DNA of 64,000 nucleotides from Camelus dromedarius (lineage: Eukaryota): NCBI RefSeq assembly GCF_036321535.1, contig NC_087437.1, forward strand, positions 14,696,001-14,760,000, given 5' to 3'. Under the pieces are notes generated by a model, which worked only from the letters and a program-made list of their open reading frames with translations, was not told the origin of the DNA and made no database searches. Shown here piece by piece: positions 49,256 to 62,504 of the stretch (its first letter is position 1; each line of letters starts with the position of its first letter). Made by a program: the position numbers and the translations under genes.

Positions 49256-50194
49256 GTTAGTTTGTTTCAACTGTACTTATTCAACAGCTGTTATGAGACT
49301 CAGCTGCTACAGAATGAATAATTTTCCCTGAAGCTTGCTTTTGCACTAAGAAAAAGTATTTGTGATCCAAGTTGACAGCTCATTATATCATTCAACCAAT
49401 CACTCATTCAATTAGCCATTTATCCAATAAATATTCACCTATCACCTAAATTACTACTAGCAATAACTTAGTAATATTTTTTCCTGACTGCCTAATAAAT
49501 GTTAAAGTCACCATGCTTAGAATATTACTGGGATTATCGCATTCATTTCTCACAACAGCCCCGTAGGACGGCTATGAACTGCTCTCAGCTGTAAGTTCTT
49601 CTTAAATCATAAAGTGCTATGCAAATAGAACTACATTTTTTAAACAAACAAATTTTCTATACAATGAAAAATTAGGTTTTCTCATTGATTTACTAGGCTG
49701 CCCTTCTGTCTCTTACTGACTCACTCCACTTGCTGTGAATCGATGAAGTTTTATTACATCTCTTCTTTAATCAAGACGGAATGGTCTATGACATTGCTCA
49801 GGCTTTTATGTTTATTGGGGTTGAAGTGGTGCCTGGCAGACACTGGGAGGAAGACATTACACTCCCAACGTCCATGGTGTCAGAGCCAGATTGGTATTCA
49901 CTCCAGACGCACACTGAATACTTCATCTTCCAGACACACGATTGAGCCAAGGTGCTATATAAGTCAAATAAATAAGTAAAGCACTGGATGGCCAAGGGCA
50001 GTTCTGTCCTTATGTGGCATGGAAATGCAGTTAACTGTCTGAGTTCCTGCTGAATGCTAACATTCACTGGGAGCTTTGGGAAAAGAAAGAAAAAAGAATA
50101 TAAGACAGAGAAAGACTCTCTTAACTCTTGAAGAGTTTAATGAGTGTGAGAGTTGAGAATAAGCTGAAAGAATAGTTATCAAGAAAGTATAAAT

Positions 50195-50268
50195 GGGGGG
50201 AGGGTATAGCTCAGTGGTAGAGTGCATGCTTAGCAAGCACAAGGTCCTGGGTTCAATCCCCAGTACCT
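50195..50268 (+). mobile_element. tRNA-derived SINE (Vic-1-like) head, followed directly by (GAAA)n
   Basis: ggggggagggtatagctcagtggtagagtgcatgcttagcaagcacaaggtcctgggttcaatccccagtacct. Confidence 0.9.
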
Positions 50269-50277
50269 AAAAAAAAA

Positions 50278-50353
<76 letters not shown>

Positions 50354-50400
50354 AGGAGGAGGAAGAGGTGGAGAAAGAGAAGAAGAAGAAAGAAAGAATA
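50269..50400. repeat. Poly-A/(GAAA)n and GA-rich simple repeat
   Basis: About 18 GAAA units followed by GGA/GAA triplets. Confidence 0.95.
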
Positions 50401-50461
50401 AATAAGGAGAGAAAACTAGCATATCTTGAGCTCTACCATCTGCCAAAGAATGTGCTAATCG

Positions 50462-50648
50462 CACGGTTCTCCAACATGGCAGGTCATTGGGGTCTCCTGG
50501 AGGGCTTATTAAATCATAGATGGCTGGGTACCACCCCAGATTTTCTGATTCAGTAGGTCTGGAGTTGAATTCAAGAATTTATATTTCTAACATTTTTCCA
50601 GGTGACACTGATTCTGCTAGTCCAGGGGTCACGCTCTGAGATCCACTC
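50462..50648. mobile_element. MER5A MITE
   Basis: ggttctcc...ttctgattcagtaggtctggag...atttctaaca...ctctgagatccact. Confidence 0.75.
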
Positions 50649-51349
50649 AAAGTTGAGAATATGTGCTAGACACATATATTACCTCATTTAAACATCCCAA
50701 GAGCACTCTGAAGTAGGTCTCATTGTCCCCAGTTTATACATGAGGAAAGTACCATTCAAAGAACTTCCAGAATTTACCCTGGGTACACAGCTAGTGAGTG
50801 GCAAAGTCAAACTTTGAATTTAGGTTGTCTCACTCTAGAACTCACAGTTTTCTGCCTATTTCAAACTACACCCAGGCTCTTCCTGGAAAAGCAAACCTAA
50901 AATACTATCTGAGCTGGTCCATGTTGTCAGAATCTCCAGTGTTTGAAAGTAAACAGGTGTGGTGACATCATTTAGGATCACATGCTACCAAAATAATAGG
51001 GTACTTCACTGAATGGTTTGGAAAGGATCCAGAATGTAAGAGTCAGCGACCCTGACCAAAACTACCTGATTGTTTGACACTAACTCAGAATGCAAAAAAC
51101 TCAAAGATGACCCACCACCTCTGTTTCCTCCTTTCATAATGACAGAGACTGGTTACAAATCAGATTTTCATCTGACTCTCTGCTTTCTGCTTCCCAAAAG
51201 CCTTCTGCTACATTAATTCAGCATAAGAAATAATTCTATAAAATGAGTTAAAGCAAAAATTTCAAACTTCAGTAGATTTTCTCAGGTTAAAAAAGGAATT
51301 CTATCTTCCTGGTGAATGTCTGTCTTCTAAAAGACTTTAATTCAGACAC

Positions 51350-51720
51350 AAATTACCAATTTAAGAAATGAGAGTGGAGATATCCTTATAGATTCTATGA
51401 AGGTTAAAAGGATAAGAGACATTTATGAATAACTTTGTGCCAATAAATTTGACAACTTAAGATGAAAGCAAGGAATTCCTTGAAAGACACAAACTACCAA
51501 AGCTCACTGAAGAACAAACAGATAATCTGAGTATCATGTATTAGAGAAATTGAATGCGTAGTCTAAAACTTCTCCACAAAGAAAGCCCCAGGTCCACATG
51601 GCTTTACAGGTGAATTTGACCAAACATGTAAGGAAGAAATAATACCACTTCTATACAAATTATTTGGGAAAATTGAAGAGGAGGGAATTACTTTCCAACT
51701 AACTATGAAGTTTAAATTAC
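51350..51720 (+). mobile_element. Old L1 ORF2 internal fragment
   Basis: aaagccccaggtccacatggctttacaggtgaatt translates [11 protein letters not shown], the L1 ORF2 SPGPDGFT.EF motif. Confidence 0.85.
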
Positions 51721-52227
51721 ACTGAAATTCAAAGACCTTAGTTCATGACCAAAGATGGCACATAATAATAAAGGGAGAAAGAAGACCACAATTTTGATAA
51801 TGCTAGAGAAGATGGACTCCTCAGTCTCATAGCAGCTCCAGGAAGTGGGCAATATTTATTTGTGTCACTGCTTTGCAGATAAGGAAATAGGACAGGGAAA
51901 CAGGTTGGGGAAAGTTTGACCTACACACCTCCCACCTGGTGGTAGGGAAGGCAGAGATAGGAGAACACCAAAAACAGGCTATTTCACAATTTCCCTATGA
52001 ATGAGATTAGAAAAAGTTCAAAGTCACTAGAGAATGTAAAAGATGGTCCTTAGAGAACTTGAGAGATGGCAATTCACCTCATGGGAAGATTTTTTAAGCT
52101 TTCTATCATAGAGAATTTCAAACTTATCTAAAGGAGATAAAATATAATGAAGTCCCATACTGCTTACCCAGCCCCAAACAACGACCATCAGCCAGTCTCT
52201 GTCCAGACCTCCAACAATTTCCTCCAT

Positions 52228-52657
52228 CAGTAGTCCCCCTTTTTCTGCAGGGGATACATGATAAGACCCCCAATGGATGCCTGAAACTGGATAGCACTGA
52301 ATCCTATATATACTATGTTGTTCCCGATATATACATAAATACCTATACTAAAGCTTCATTTATAAGTAGGGCACAGTAAGAGATTAAAAACAATAACCAA
52401 CAATAAAATAGAACAATTATAACAATATACTGGAATAAAAGTTATGTGAATGTGGTCTTTGTAAAATGAGGGTTACTTGAACACAAGCACTGCAAAACCA
52501 AGACAGTGGATCTGATAACCTAGAAGGCTACTAATCAAATAACAGGCAGAAACGGTGGACTAAGGTATGAGTTATATCTCAGGCAGGACGGAGTGGGATG
52601 GTGTGGGATTTCATCATATTATTCAGAATGGTGTATAATTTAAAATTTGTGAATTGT
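52228..52657 (-). mobile_element. MER44/Tigger7-like TcMar DNA transposon, truncated
   Basis: TIR cagtagtccccct, and ggacggagtgggatggtgtgggatttcatcat...tgaattgtt matches the recalled MER44 reverse complement. Confidence 0.75.
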
Positions 52658-53650
52658 TCAGCAAAGGAAACCATTAACAAAATGAAAAGACAACCTATGG
52701 ACTTGGAGAAAATATTTGCAAATGATGCAACCAACAAGGGCTTTATTTCCAAAATATACAAACAGTTCATACAACTCAATATCAAAAAAAATCAAAAAAT
52801 GGGCAGAAGGCGTAAACAGACACTTCTCCAAAGAATACATAGAGATGGCCAACAGACACATTGAAATGATGCTCAGCATCACTAATTATTAGACAAAGGC
52901 AAATCAAAACTACAATAAGGTATCACTTCAAACCAGTCAGAATGGTCCTCTTCACAAAGTCTACAAATAACAAATGCTGAATAGGTTGTGAAGAAAAGGG
53001 AATCTTTTACACTGTTGGTGGGAATGTAAGTTTGTACAACCACTATAGACAACAGTATGGAGGTTCCTTTAAAAACTAATAACAGAGCTTCCATATGATT
53101 CAGCAGTTCCACTCCTGAGCATATTTCCTGAAAAGACAAAAAGTCTAGTTTGAAAGAAACATGCACCCCAATATTCATAGCAGCACTATTCACAATAGCC
53201 AAGACATGGACGCAACCTAAGTGCAACAGATAAATGGATAAAGATGTAGTATGTGTGTATGCACACATACAAACATGTATGCGTGTGTGCATGCACAATG
53301 GAATATTACTCAGCCATAAAAAAGAATGAAATAATGCCATTTGCAGCAACATGGATGAACCTAGAGATTATCATACTAAGTGAAGTAAATCAAACTTATA
53401 GTTACCAAAGAGGAAAGTGGAGGGAGAGGGATAAATTAGGAATTTGGGATCAATAGATACACATCACTATATATAAAATAGATAAACAAGGATTTGTTGT
53501 ATAGCATATGGAACTATGTTCAATATCTTGTAATAACCTATTACAGAAAAGAATCTGAAGCTGTATACCTGAAACAAACACCATATTGTAAATCAACTAG
53601 AGTTAAGTTAAAAAGCTTTAAAAAATGAATAAAATAATTAAAATAAATAA
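52658..53650 (+). mobile_element. L1 ORF2 C-terminus plus 3' UTR and A-rich tail
   Basis: AKETINKMKRQPMDLEKIFANDATNKG and [30 protein letters not shown]. Confidence 0.95.
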
Positions 53651-54694
53651 AGGTGATAAAAATTTAAAGTAAAGTTCATATGCTGTGATTGATTGATATG
53701 TCTTTCAGGTATCTTTTAATCTATAAAGATTTCCCCTCCACGCTTTTTTTTTTTTTTCCCAAGAATAAAGGTCATTTGACCTATACAGTTTCCCACAGTC
53801 TGGATTTCACTGATTACACGTTCATAGTGTAGTTTAACATTTTCTCTACTCTCTCTATTTCCCACAAGTTGGTAGTTGAATCTAGAAGCTTGATCAAGTT
53901 GAGGTTCAAATTTTTGGCAATATTTCCGTATGGTGTTCTCTTCTTCCAAGTGGGGAACCTGAAGCAAACAGCCGCTGATGATCATTGCCATTCTAATTAT
54001 CATTAGTTTCTCCGTTTATTAACTACATTCTTCTATAGAGGGAAAGTTCCCCAAGGAGCACTTTCTTTACATTAGTAATTGCCGCCTGCAAGGCTGGGAT
54101 GAATAAGATTCTGAAGCCCTGTGGAAACTCTGCAGAAAAAATGGCAGGATGGATTCCTGATGTCTGACAGGACATGTGATGGGACAGTGGTAGTAGTTTC
54201 TGTTCCGAATCCAATTTACTCCCCTCTTGTAGAATTGAAGGCTCAGTGGAAAGAAGTAAGACCATTATGTGTAGGACATCACATGTAGGACTCTGTAAGG
54301 ACAGAGTGTTGAATGTGATTATGGAGTCAGAGCAAGCTCAGAATCAGAGTGGCTATTTTATCATTTTGTTTTGTTTTTAAAGATAATTCCCAATATTGAC
54401 AATATGCAAGGAAATGGCACTTTCTGATGATACTGTTTGTGAAATTGTAAATTGGGACAGTTTTTTCTGGAGGACAATTTGACAATATGTGACAAAAACC
54501 TTAAAACTTTGCATATCCTTTGACCTAGAAATTCTAGTGCCAAAAATGTACCCCAGGGATGTGCTGAAGAACTTAGTAAAGGTTGCTCATGACAAGCCTA
54601 TAATAATAAAACATTGGATTTGCCCATAGGGGATTAGATAAAGGCACACCATCCAATCGATGACTGTGCAGTTATTTAAATATCACAGAATAGA

Positions 54695-54811
54695 GGTACG
54701 GAGGATATAGCTCAGTGTTACAGTGTGTGCTTAGCATGCAGGAGGTCCCCCATACCCACGCCTTAAAATAAATAAATAAATAAACCTAATTAACCTCCCC
54801 TGCCCAAAAAA
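54695..54811 (+). mobile_element. Degenerate Vic-1-like SINE inside an old L1M (~54365-55100)
   Basis: gatatagctcagtg...cttagcatgcaggaggtcc with the B box lost. TSD atcacagaata at 54682 and 54812. Confidence 0.8.
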
Positions 54812-56429
54812 ATCACAGAATACATAAGGGCACAGAAAGATGTTCATGACATATTATTCAGTGAAAAAAAAGCAAGTCTAAAGTAGTAATGTCAGTAAAC
54901 CCCTTTTTTATTTTTAAAAAAGAAATTTATGCATACAAAGATATTCATGGGAAAAGAGGTCACAGTAAATATACCAAAATGTTAACAGTTACTATTAAAG
55001 CATTATATATTACTTGATGGTAAAATTAGGAGTAATTTCTATTTCCTTCCTTTTGCTTAACCGATTTTTCAAAATTTTCTGTAAGTCATTCATATTAACT
55101 TTTTAAAGGAAAAAAGTTTTAATGATAAGTATTTTAAGTTACAGTTGGCAAATACCATGGGAATTCCTTATACTAAAAGAGTTTATCTGAAATTTTTGGA
55201 GGGGAGAGGAGTGAAATTTAAATTGAAGGAGGTGTTTTACATTTTTATTTGCTCAATCTGGCAAGCCTACTTTTAGTACAAAGCAATCGAAGGAGAGACT
55301 AGGGAGCTGGACCACGATATGCTGGCCCCTTGGAGGACAGGAGAGTCACTGATTGTTTCAAGTCTTTTAAACCAGAAATAGGATTTGGTGGAATCAGAAA
55401 GGACGATCAATTTGGAAGCAACATAGTCCTTATCTGAAATGTGGACTCTGCTACCACCACCACCAATCCCATTCCCCTACCCTACCTACCTCCAACCCCC
55501 ACGATCTGGACGTCCTGGGGCAAGTTACTTGTCTCCCCTAAACCTCAGTAATAATGCCTGTCTTGCCAGGATCGAATGAAAACGTGTGTGTGAAGGCACT
55601 CTGTAAACTGCAAGTGCCAAGCAGCACATTATTATCATGTGAGTAAATTACACACCCGAGGACATGATGAACAGGAACAAAACATCACCACGGACAACCG
55701 CAGGATTGTTCCTCGCAGCAGATTTCTGATGGCTCTCCGAGGTCAAAACAACTCAAGGTTTAGTCACTCTGGACTGAACCCGTACATTAACATCCATCCA
55801 AAGTGTTCTTACAACCTTATTTATAGGTGCACTGATCATTAAATAGGGTTGGAACGCTTTGCCACAAGTCAGTTGTTAAATCGCTTGGCGAGTGGCTCAG
55901 AGGAAGCCCGCGTGGTTTACGAGTTTGGCAGCTCGTAACTCCAGGCCCTCACCTTATCCTCACACGCTCATTTCAGTCACCTTGGAAACTGCCCTATTCT
56001 AGATGCAGAGCACAGAAAGCCCCAGCTGACATGGAATTAATCAGCAGCCACCTCCTCTTCTGGTCTCCATTACTGAAAAATCCTCAGGGCTTCTCAAGCC
56101 ACTTTAGGGAGTATCCAATGGTGCAGTTTCAAGGATCTTCTGGGGAAAAATTAATACAGGAGGTTGAGGTTTATGACAAAATGGAAAAACAAAATGAAGG
56201 AGAAAGAAATTAAGGGAGACCAGAAATTGACACAACATTGTATACCGACTGTATTTCAGTTTAAAAAGGGGGGGAAAAGAAATTAAGAGAGAAGGAAAGA
56301 GGAAAGAAGAGAGGGGAAAAGAAAAAGAAGAAAAAGATCAGAAGGAAGAAAATGAAAGTATTCTCCTATTTTACAGATAAGGAAACTGAGGCTCAGAGGT
56401 CCTATGTCACATGAGGCAACAACTCATGG

Positions 56430-56652
56430 GAACCAGACACTCTGGAAAGAGTGACATGAAAATGCAACTTGTTAGTGAAGTGGCGCAGCACAGGGGAGCC
56501 ACAGCGAGAGGCAGCCATCCGACAGCCTTCGGCAAACACTAACCCCGATCTGGGACTCCCCAGCCTCCAGAGCTCTGAGAAGTAGATGCCTGTGGTTGAA
56601 GCCACCTGGTCCACAGTATTTTGTTACAGCAGCCCAAGTGCAGACTAAGACA
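56430..56652 (+). mobile_element. MLT1 LTR 3' half followed by an L1 fragment (56653-56742)
   Basis: cagcctccagagctctgaga...gttgaagccacc...tattttgttacagcagccc...gactaagaca. Confidence 0.75.
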
Positions 56653-58879
56653 TAAGGTAATTCTGTCTGACTTATGGAGGAACTGCTGAGCTATTTTCCA
56701 CGGTGGCTGCACCATTTTCTATTCCTGCCATCAGTGTCCGAGGAGGGAATTCCAGCACGGAGTCCCACAATCCTCAGCCTGAATCTTAGCTCTGCCACAG
56801 ACTTAACTGAGTGACTACCTTATATAACCTCTCAAAGACTCAATTTCATCGTTGGTAAAAAGGGGACAACAGAGTTGAGGGAAGATTACATGGATGACAT
56901 AGGAAACCCTCCTAGAACCTGGAGCTCAGTAAATGTCAGTATCCACGTATCCTGGTCGGTGAGGACAGAATCACAACATCCTAGTGTGGGAGGGAGCCCG
57001 ACAGGTACAGCACACAGTGCTCTTTCCTGCGTTATCACAGCAGGGTCCAACACAGTGTGTCCTGCCCGAATATCCCCGTCACTGCTCACTGTAGGGCATC
57101 AGGGGCCAGAACCAACTCCACAGGACAGAGAGGCATTTCCTCGCATTTCTTGGAAACCTGGCTTTCACAGGATATAAGTAAGTGTTATAAATGGGGTGAG
57201 GGAGAAATTCCGAGGTCAAATAACTGGGAAACACTGGGTTAAAGAACAGCAAAGCAGATTTCTCTTCTGCAGGACTTCTCAGAGCACTGAGCTGAGTTGT
57301 GCGCTTCGAAATCCCCAGTTAGCAATGAGGTCTACAGTGTTTCTGAGCTTCTCTGTCCTGGGAAAGGAAAGTCTGCATCCAGGCCTCTGTCCGCACAGCA
57401 GGGAAATCGCACACAACCACCAAGGTCAGCCCCAGCCTCAGGTTCTAAATACTCACCCCAAACCACTGCATTGGAGCAATTCTCTCCTTTCCTGCTTTAT
57501 CCCAAATGGCAATTTAGAAACTGCAGCCACTGCGGCTCTGCTGTCTTCCTTCATGTCTCCGTTCACCCCTGCTGAGTGAAGCCAATCTCCAAGTTCAAGT
57601 TCAAGGTGTTAGATAATCTGAGCAAAGATAGTCACCTTGTCAGGACTGAGGGAATGTGCCTGCCCCGTTCCCACGCTGACGCAGGTTCTGAACACAACTG
57701 GGCAGACCTAGGTTTCCCTTCTCAGTGGGAGTTCTCAGCTGCTGAGTTCAGTAAACCTCCAGACAGCCAACTTTCTTAGGTCCTGCAAGTGCCCTTTTGC
57801 ATGGTTTTGCGTGTTTTGCTTTTTATACTTTTTTTAAAATACTTTTTAAAAAATCCATGATCAGTTTGGAGGCTATTACTCAGAGATATAAGGAAAGATT
57901 AGGATCTGGGACAGAACAAAAGCCTTAGTAATTTTTTGAGACCCGGAAGGGATTTCCTCAGAAGACTCGATCTCTAAAAGTTCACAGTAATGCGAATGCA
58001 AATGAGTTACACCCTTTCTGTTACCTCCCAGAATGATGATTAATTCCACCTCAGATGGGGACCCGATAAATGACTCTCACTTCACGTACAAGCTTACCCT
58101 GAGTCTTTTACACTCAAGGGCACTGAGGAACCTGAGGCTTTTTCCTAAACTCTTTTAACTAGAATGAAGACGACAGTCCCAAGATGACCCCCGAGACAGG
58201 AACCACTGTGCCCTGGAATCTTTATTAAGCACCTACTACTTGATAGGTGCATATGGCCCAACAGCCAGACAGAAGAGCCAGCTGCACAAATGCATATGGC
58301 TGGGTGTCATCCTACCCAGCCCACCACTAGCTCCTCCAGACTGTCTGCTCAGCTGGAGTTTGGGAAACTAAGCAATGTTTGTAATGTAAGGAATCTGCTC
58401 CACCCAGCTCTTATCAACCCCGTCAGAAAGCTTGCAGCTGCAGCCAGGCTCTTAGGAAGATTTACTCAAGGAAGAAGCTAGAAATGGGTTTGCCTCTCCC
58501 CCACACTCTTGAAGGGAATGGATGCTGGAGATACCAGAGGAAAGGCTGGCCCAGTTTATGGGTGGGCAAGGTGGACATTTGCTTGGGAAGCAGGGGGCTT
58601 GGCTGCAAAAATTATGGAGTGAAGTGTAGCTCAGGCCTTAGCATGATCCTGGATCTTAGCTTTTTCAGTAGGGCTTGTGGGTAGAGGATCAGGAACACTG
58701 CGGAAGAGAGGAAGCCTACTGTGGTGGGCTGGGGGTCACCAGCCTTGGCTTTACCTCTGACAGGCTGGGTGACCTCACGTGGCCATTTCCTCTTTTCTGA
58801 CCTCAGCTTCCTTCTCAGTAAAAAAATGAGATGGTCCTTCTAGATCGGTTGATTGGGATTTTTGTTGTTGTTGTTGCTG

Positions 58880-59890
58880 TAAAATGTGTGTAACATAAAG
58901 CCTGCCATCAATGACATTTAGTACATTCACAATGTGGTGCGACAATCGCCATTATCTAGTTCCAGGGCATTTTCATTACCCTCCAAAAAAATACCTGACC
59001 CATTAAGCAGTCACCCCCCATTCCCCACTCCCTAGCCCCTGGCAACCACTAATCTGCCTTCTGTCTCTATGGATTTGCCTATTCTGAATATTTCATATAA
59101 ATGGAATCATATAATTATGCAGCCTTTTGTGACTGGCTTCTTTCACTTAGCAATAATGTTTTCAAGGTTCAAGTATCAGTACTTTATTCCTTTTTATGGC
59201 TAAGTAGTATTTCATTGTAGAGATATGCCACTTTAATCCATTCATCAGTTGATGGACATTTGGGTTGTTTCCACCTTTGAGCTGTTGTAAATAGCCAGAG
59301 AGTCAATGAGCGTGTGTGTACAAGCATCTGTTTGAGTGTCTGTTTCCAACTCTCTGGGGTATATACCCAGGAGTAGAATTGCTGGGTCAAACGGTGTTAT
59401 GAACTGAATGTCTGTGTCCTCCCAGAATTCATATGTTGAAGCCCCAACCTCCAGTGTGATGTATTTGGAGGTAGGGCATATGTGAGGTGATTTAAGTTTA
59501 GATGAGGTCATGAGGGTGGGGCCCCTGTGGTGATATTAGTGCCCTTGGAAGAAGAGGAAGAGACCAGAGTTCTCCCATCCAACCCCCAATCCCTGCCCAC
59601 CCATGTGAGGACAGAGCAAGAGGCAGTCATCTGTAAGCCAGGAAGAGGGTCCTCACCAATAACCTAGCCCTGATCTTATACTTCCAGCCTCTGGAACTGT
59701 GAGAAATAAATATCTGTTGTTTAAGCCACTCAATTTATGGTATTTTGTTACAGCATCCTGAGCAGGCTAACACGTACGGTAATTCTGTTTAACTTATTCA
59801 GGAACCACCAAACTATTTTCCAGTGGCTGTACCATTTTTCATTCTCACCACCAAGGTATGAGGGGTCTACTTGTTCCTCATCCTCACCAG
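58880..59890 (-). mobile_element. L1M 3' region interrupted by an MLT1 LTR
   Basis: Minus-strand peptides WKQPKCPSTDEWIK and PFDPAILLLGIYPRE. Confidence 0.85.
59395..59774 (+). mobile_element. MLT1A/B-like solo LTR
   Basis: tgttatgaactgaatgtctgtgtcc...aaataaatatctgttgtttaagccac...gctaacacg, with a 5-bp near-TSD aacgg/tacgg. Confidence 0.85.
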
Positions 59891-60203
59891 CCTGATGCTA
59901 TCTTTAAGCAGGGAGAGAATTTAGTAGTTTTAAAACCTTTTCTTCTAATGAGATCTTTCTTGGAAACCTACTATAGTAAAAGAGGTTAAAGAGAAGCTGC
60001 CAGAGTGGGTGGAGGTGATAGCATGTCTGAGAAACCCCTTTGAGTTCTAAGAAACACAGTTTGAAAACCATTTGCTCCAGATGGGTTTGTTTGATCCTTC
60101 CTGGTTTAGAATCCAAAAATCCCATCTTGATCCCCTTCCAAGGCCCATCCTATTCTCTGAAGCTTTGGCTTAGAGAGGGCTCTCCCCATCTCTATCCCAT
60201 GCT

Positions 60204-60330
60204 TTTTTTTAAATCTTGCTTTTATTTGTTACTTTTTTTAAATATATTTTTTAATGGAGGTACTGGCGATTGAACCCAGGACCTTGTGCATGCTAAGCAT
60301 GCACTCTACCACTGAGCTATACCCTCCTCC
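60204..60330 (-). mobile_element. tRNA-derived SINE (Vic-1-like)
   Basis: ttgaacccaggaccttgtgcatgctaagcatgcactctaccactgagctataccctcc. Near-TSD ctctat(cc/tc)(c/t)atgct. Confidence 0.9.
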
Positions 60331-61197
60331 CTCTATTCTATGCTATTAGGAAAGACCTGAGATTATAGTGCTCTTCAAGATGTGCTATGGGGCCCATCAA
60401 AGGAAGAATCAACTGGTTCTTGCTAAAAACTACTGGTATCTCAATCCAGACTTACAGAGTGGGCATCTTTGTGGGAAGAACCCTGGAATTTTGCATTTGT
60501 TACATACCTCCCAAATGATTTTGATGCCCCTAGATTTGAAAACCACTCAACTGGAAGGGACTGAGAGGTGAGGGATAGAAAGCAAATGCCTACGATTAGT
60601 AAGACCACCATCTTACTGACCTGTTGTGAGTGTCCTCTTCTGCTCTTTGAATGGGAGAGAGAAGTTGAATTTTGCTTTGGGATCCACATGCCAACTGGGG
60701 CTACCCAAAGGTCTTATTGGCACCACTTCCTGCCCACAGGTCTGTGGAACTGCAAAAGATAAGGACATTCTTATGATCCTCAGGAACCGTGCACAATGTT
60801 TAAGCATTTTCAAGCACTGTTGATTTTTTTATGATGGTTATTATGGCTACATTTTTGGAATTTGAAAATATAGCAAATCAGTCATAAAGCTATGACTATT
60901 TATGTGAGTTTTTACAGCATTAAGCAATTCCTTCTTTGTAGTGAAAATCAACATGATTTGCTTTGGGAAAATTGCCAGATTCCTGTTAACTCATTTAAAC
61001 AGATTCTCCTCCCAGACTGGTGACTCAGTGAAATTTTTCCCGTCTGAGGACGGAAACAAGGAAAACTGTCATGCACAGACCCAGCCTAGTGCACTGAACT
61101 CACAAGGATCATCAAAGGTCCCCTTCCCCAGTTCCCCCAGAGCAGTTCCCCTCTTCACGCTCTGCTGGGACTCATCCAAGAATGAGTAGCTCCCCAC

Positions 61198-61570
61198 CTA
61201 TTTGGTTACCCTCTGCTATGCAACAAATCTTATCAAAACTTAGTGACTTAACACAAAAACTATTTTATTATTAGTTCTCACCAGTCTTTGGATTGACTGA
61301 GCTCAACTGAGCAGTTCTGCTCCGTGTGATGGTGGTTGGGGCCACAGCCATCCGGGGGCTCAACTGGGCTGAAGAGCTGGGCAAGAGTCCAAGCTGGCTC
61401 ACTAAGGTGGCTGGAAACTGATGCTGGCGGGCAGCTGGGAGCTTAGATGGGGATGTTGACTGAAAGGTCTATACAAAGCCTCTTCTTGCGGCTTGGGCTT
61501 CCCACAATATGGCAGCTGGTCTAGGAGAGGGAGTGTCCTAAGAGCAAGTGTTCCAAGGGGGAGGAAATCG
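61198..61570 (-). mobile_element. MLT1-like LTR fragment
   Basis: aaaacttagtgacttaa...gttctcac...ctcaactgggctg...gcttgggcttcccacaatatggcagctgg. Confidence 0.7.
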
Positions 61571-62504
61571 TTCAAAGGACTGTTTCAGCTCTAAGGCTTT
61601 CGATAAATTACCTAATCTCTTGGCGCCTAAGCTTCTCTATCAAGTGAAGATAATGCTTTCCTGATCAGAGTGATGTGAAAACTAAGCAAGACAGTATATG
61701 CAAAGCCTTCACACAATGCTCCATAAGCAAGAGTGAGTTATCATCCGGACACATGGACACTCAATCCTGGGACATCATCGGTAGTACGTGCTGAAGCTCT
61801 TCATTCTTTCGCCCAAGTTTAGACAAATTGCTGAGTTGCCACCATGACTTGAAGAAAAGGAGGAGGTTGCCCTCTTTAGTGGGATCCTGTAGGACTAGAT
61901 ACAGAAATTATAAGCTATGACATGACTCCTTGGAATGTACCTTAAAGGGAAAAAATATCTTACAAGTATTCAAAGATGTTTCAATGTTCCTTCCAACAGC
62001 GTAAATAACATCTTATCAATAGAAGCTTATCCATCCAAATGTCTATCAATAGGCAGTGGGATATTATACATCCATATTCTACTGGATATTTGTTGCTTTT
62101 AGGGTATCTAGCATCTGATCATCCTTTCTTTCAGGAGGAAATTCTGAGATAGGAAAGAAGCGCCCCTGCTTTCCACTAGAGAAGCAGGAGGAAGGCAGAT
62201 ATGCCTACTTCCTGCTCCCTGGAGGGCAAGGTGCAAGCATGTGAGCTGAGCGGCCAGTAAGATGCTCCCATCTAAGGTTTGCCCACAAAGGCCCAGGGAC
62301 AGTTAGTGCTTTTCAAGATTGCATGTTTGTGGTGGAGCCTAGATTCCGGCGGCATAGAGGTAAGTATCTGGTGGGACACAGCTGCCTCAGTGACCTAGAC
62401 TACTCACTTGGAACTGTATGTGCGAGAGATGAATACACCTCTGTATTCATTAAATCACTCTAAATTGAACTTGCTTTGATAAAGCAGCTTAGCAAATCTT
62501 AATT

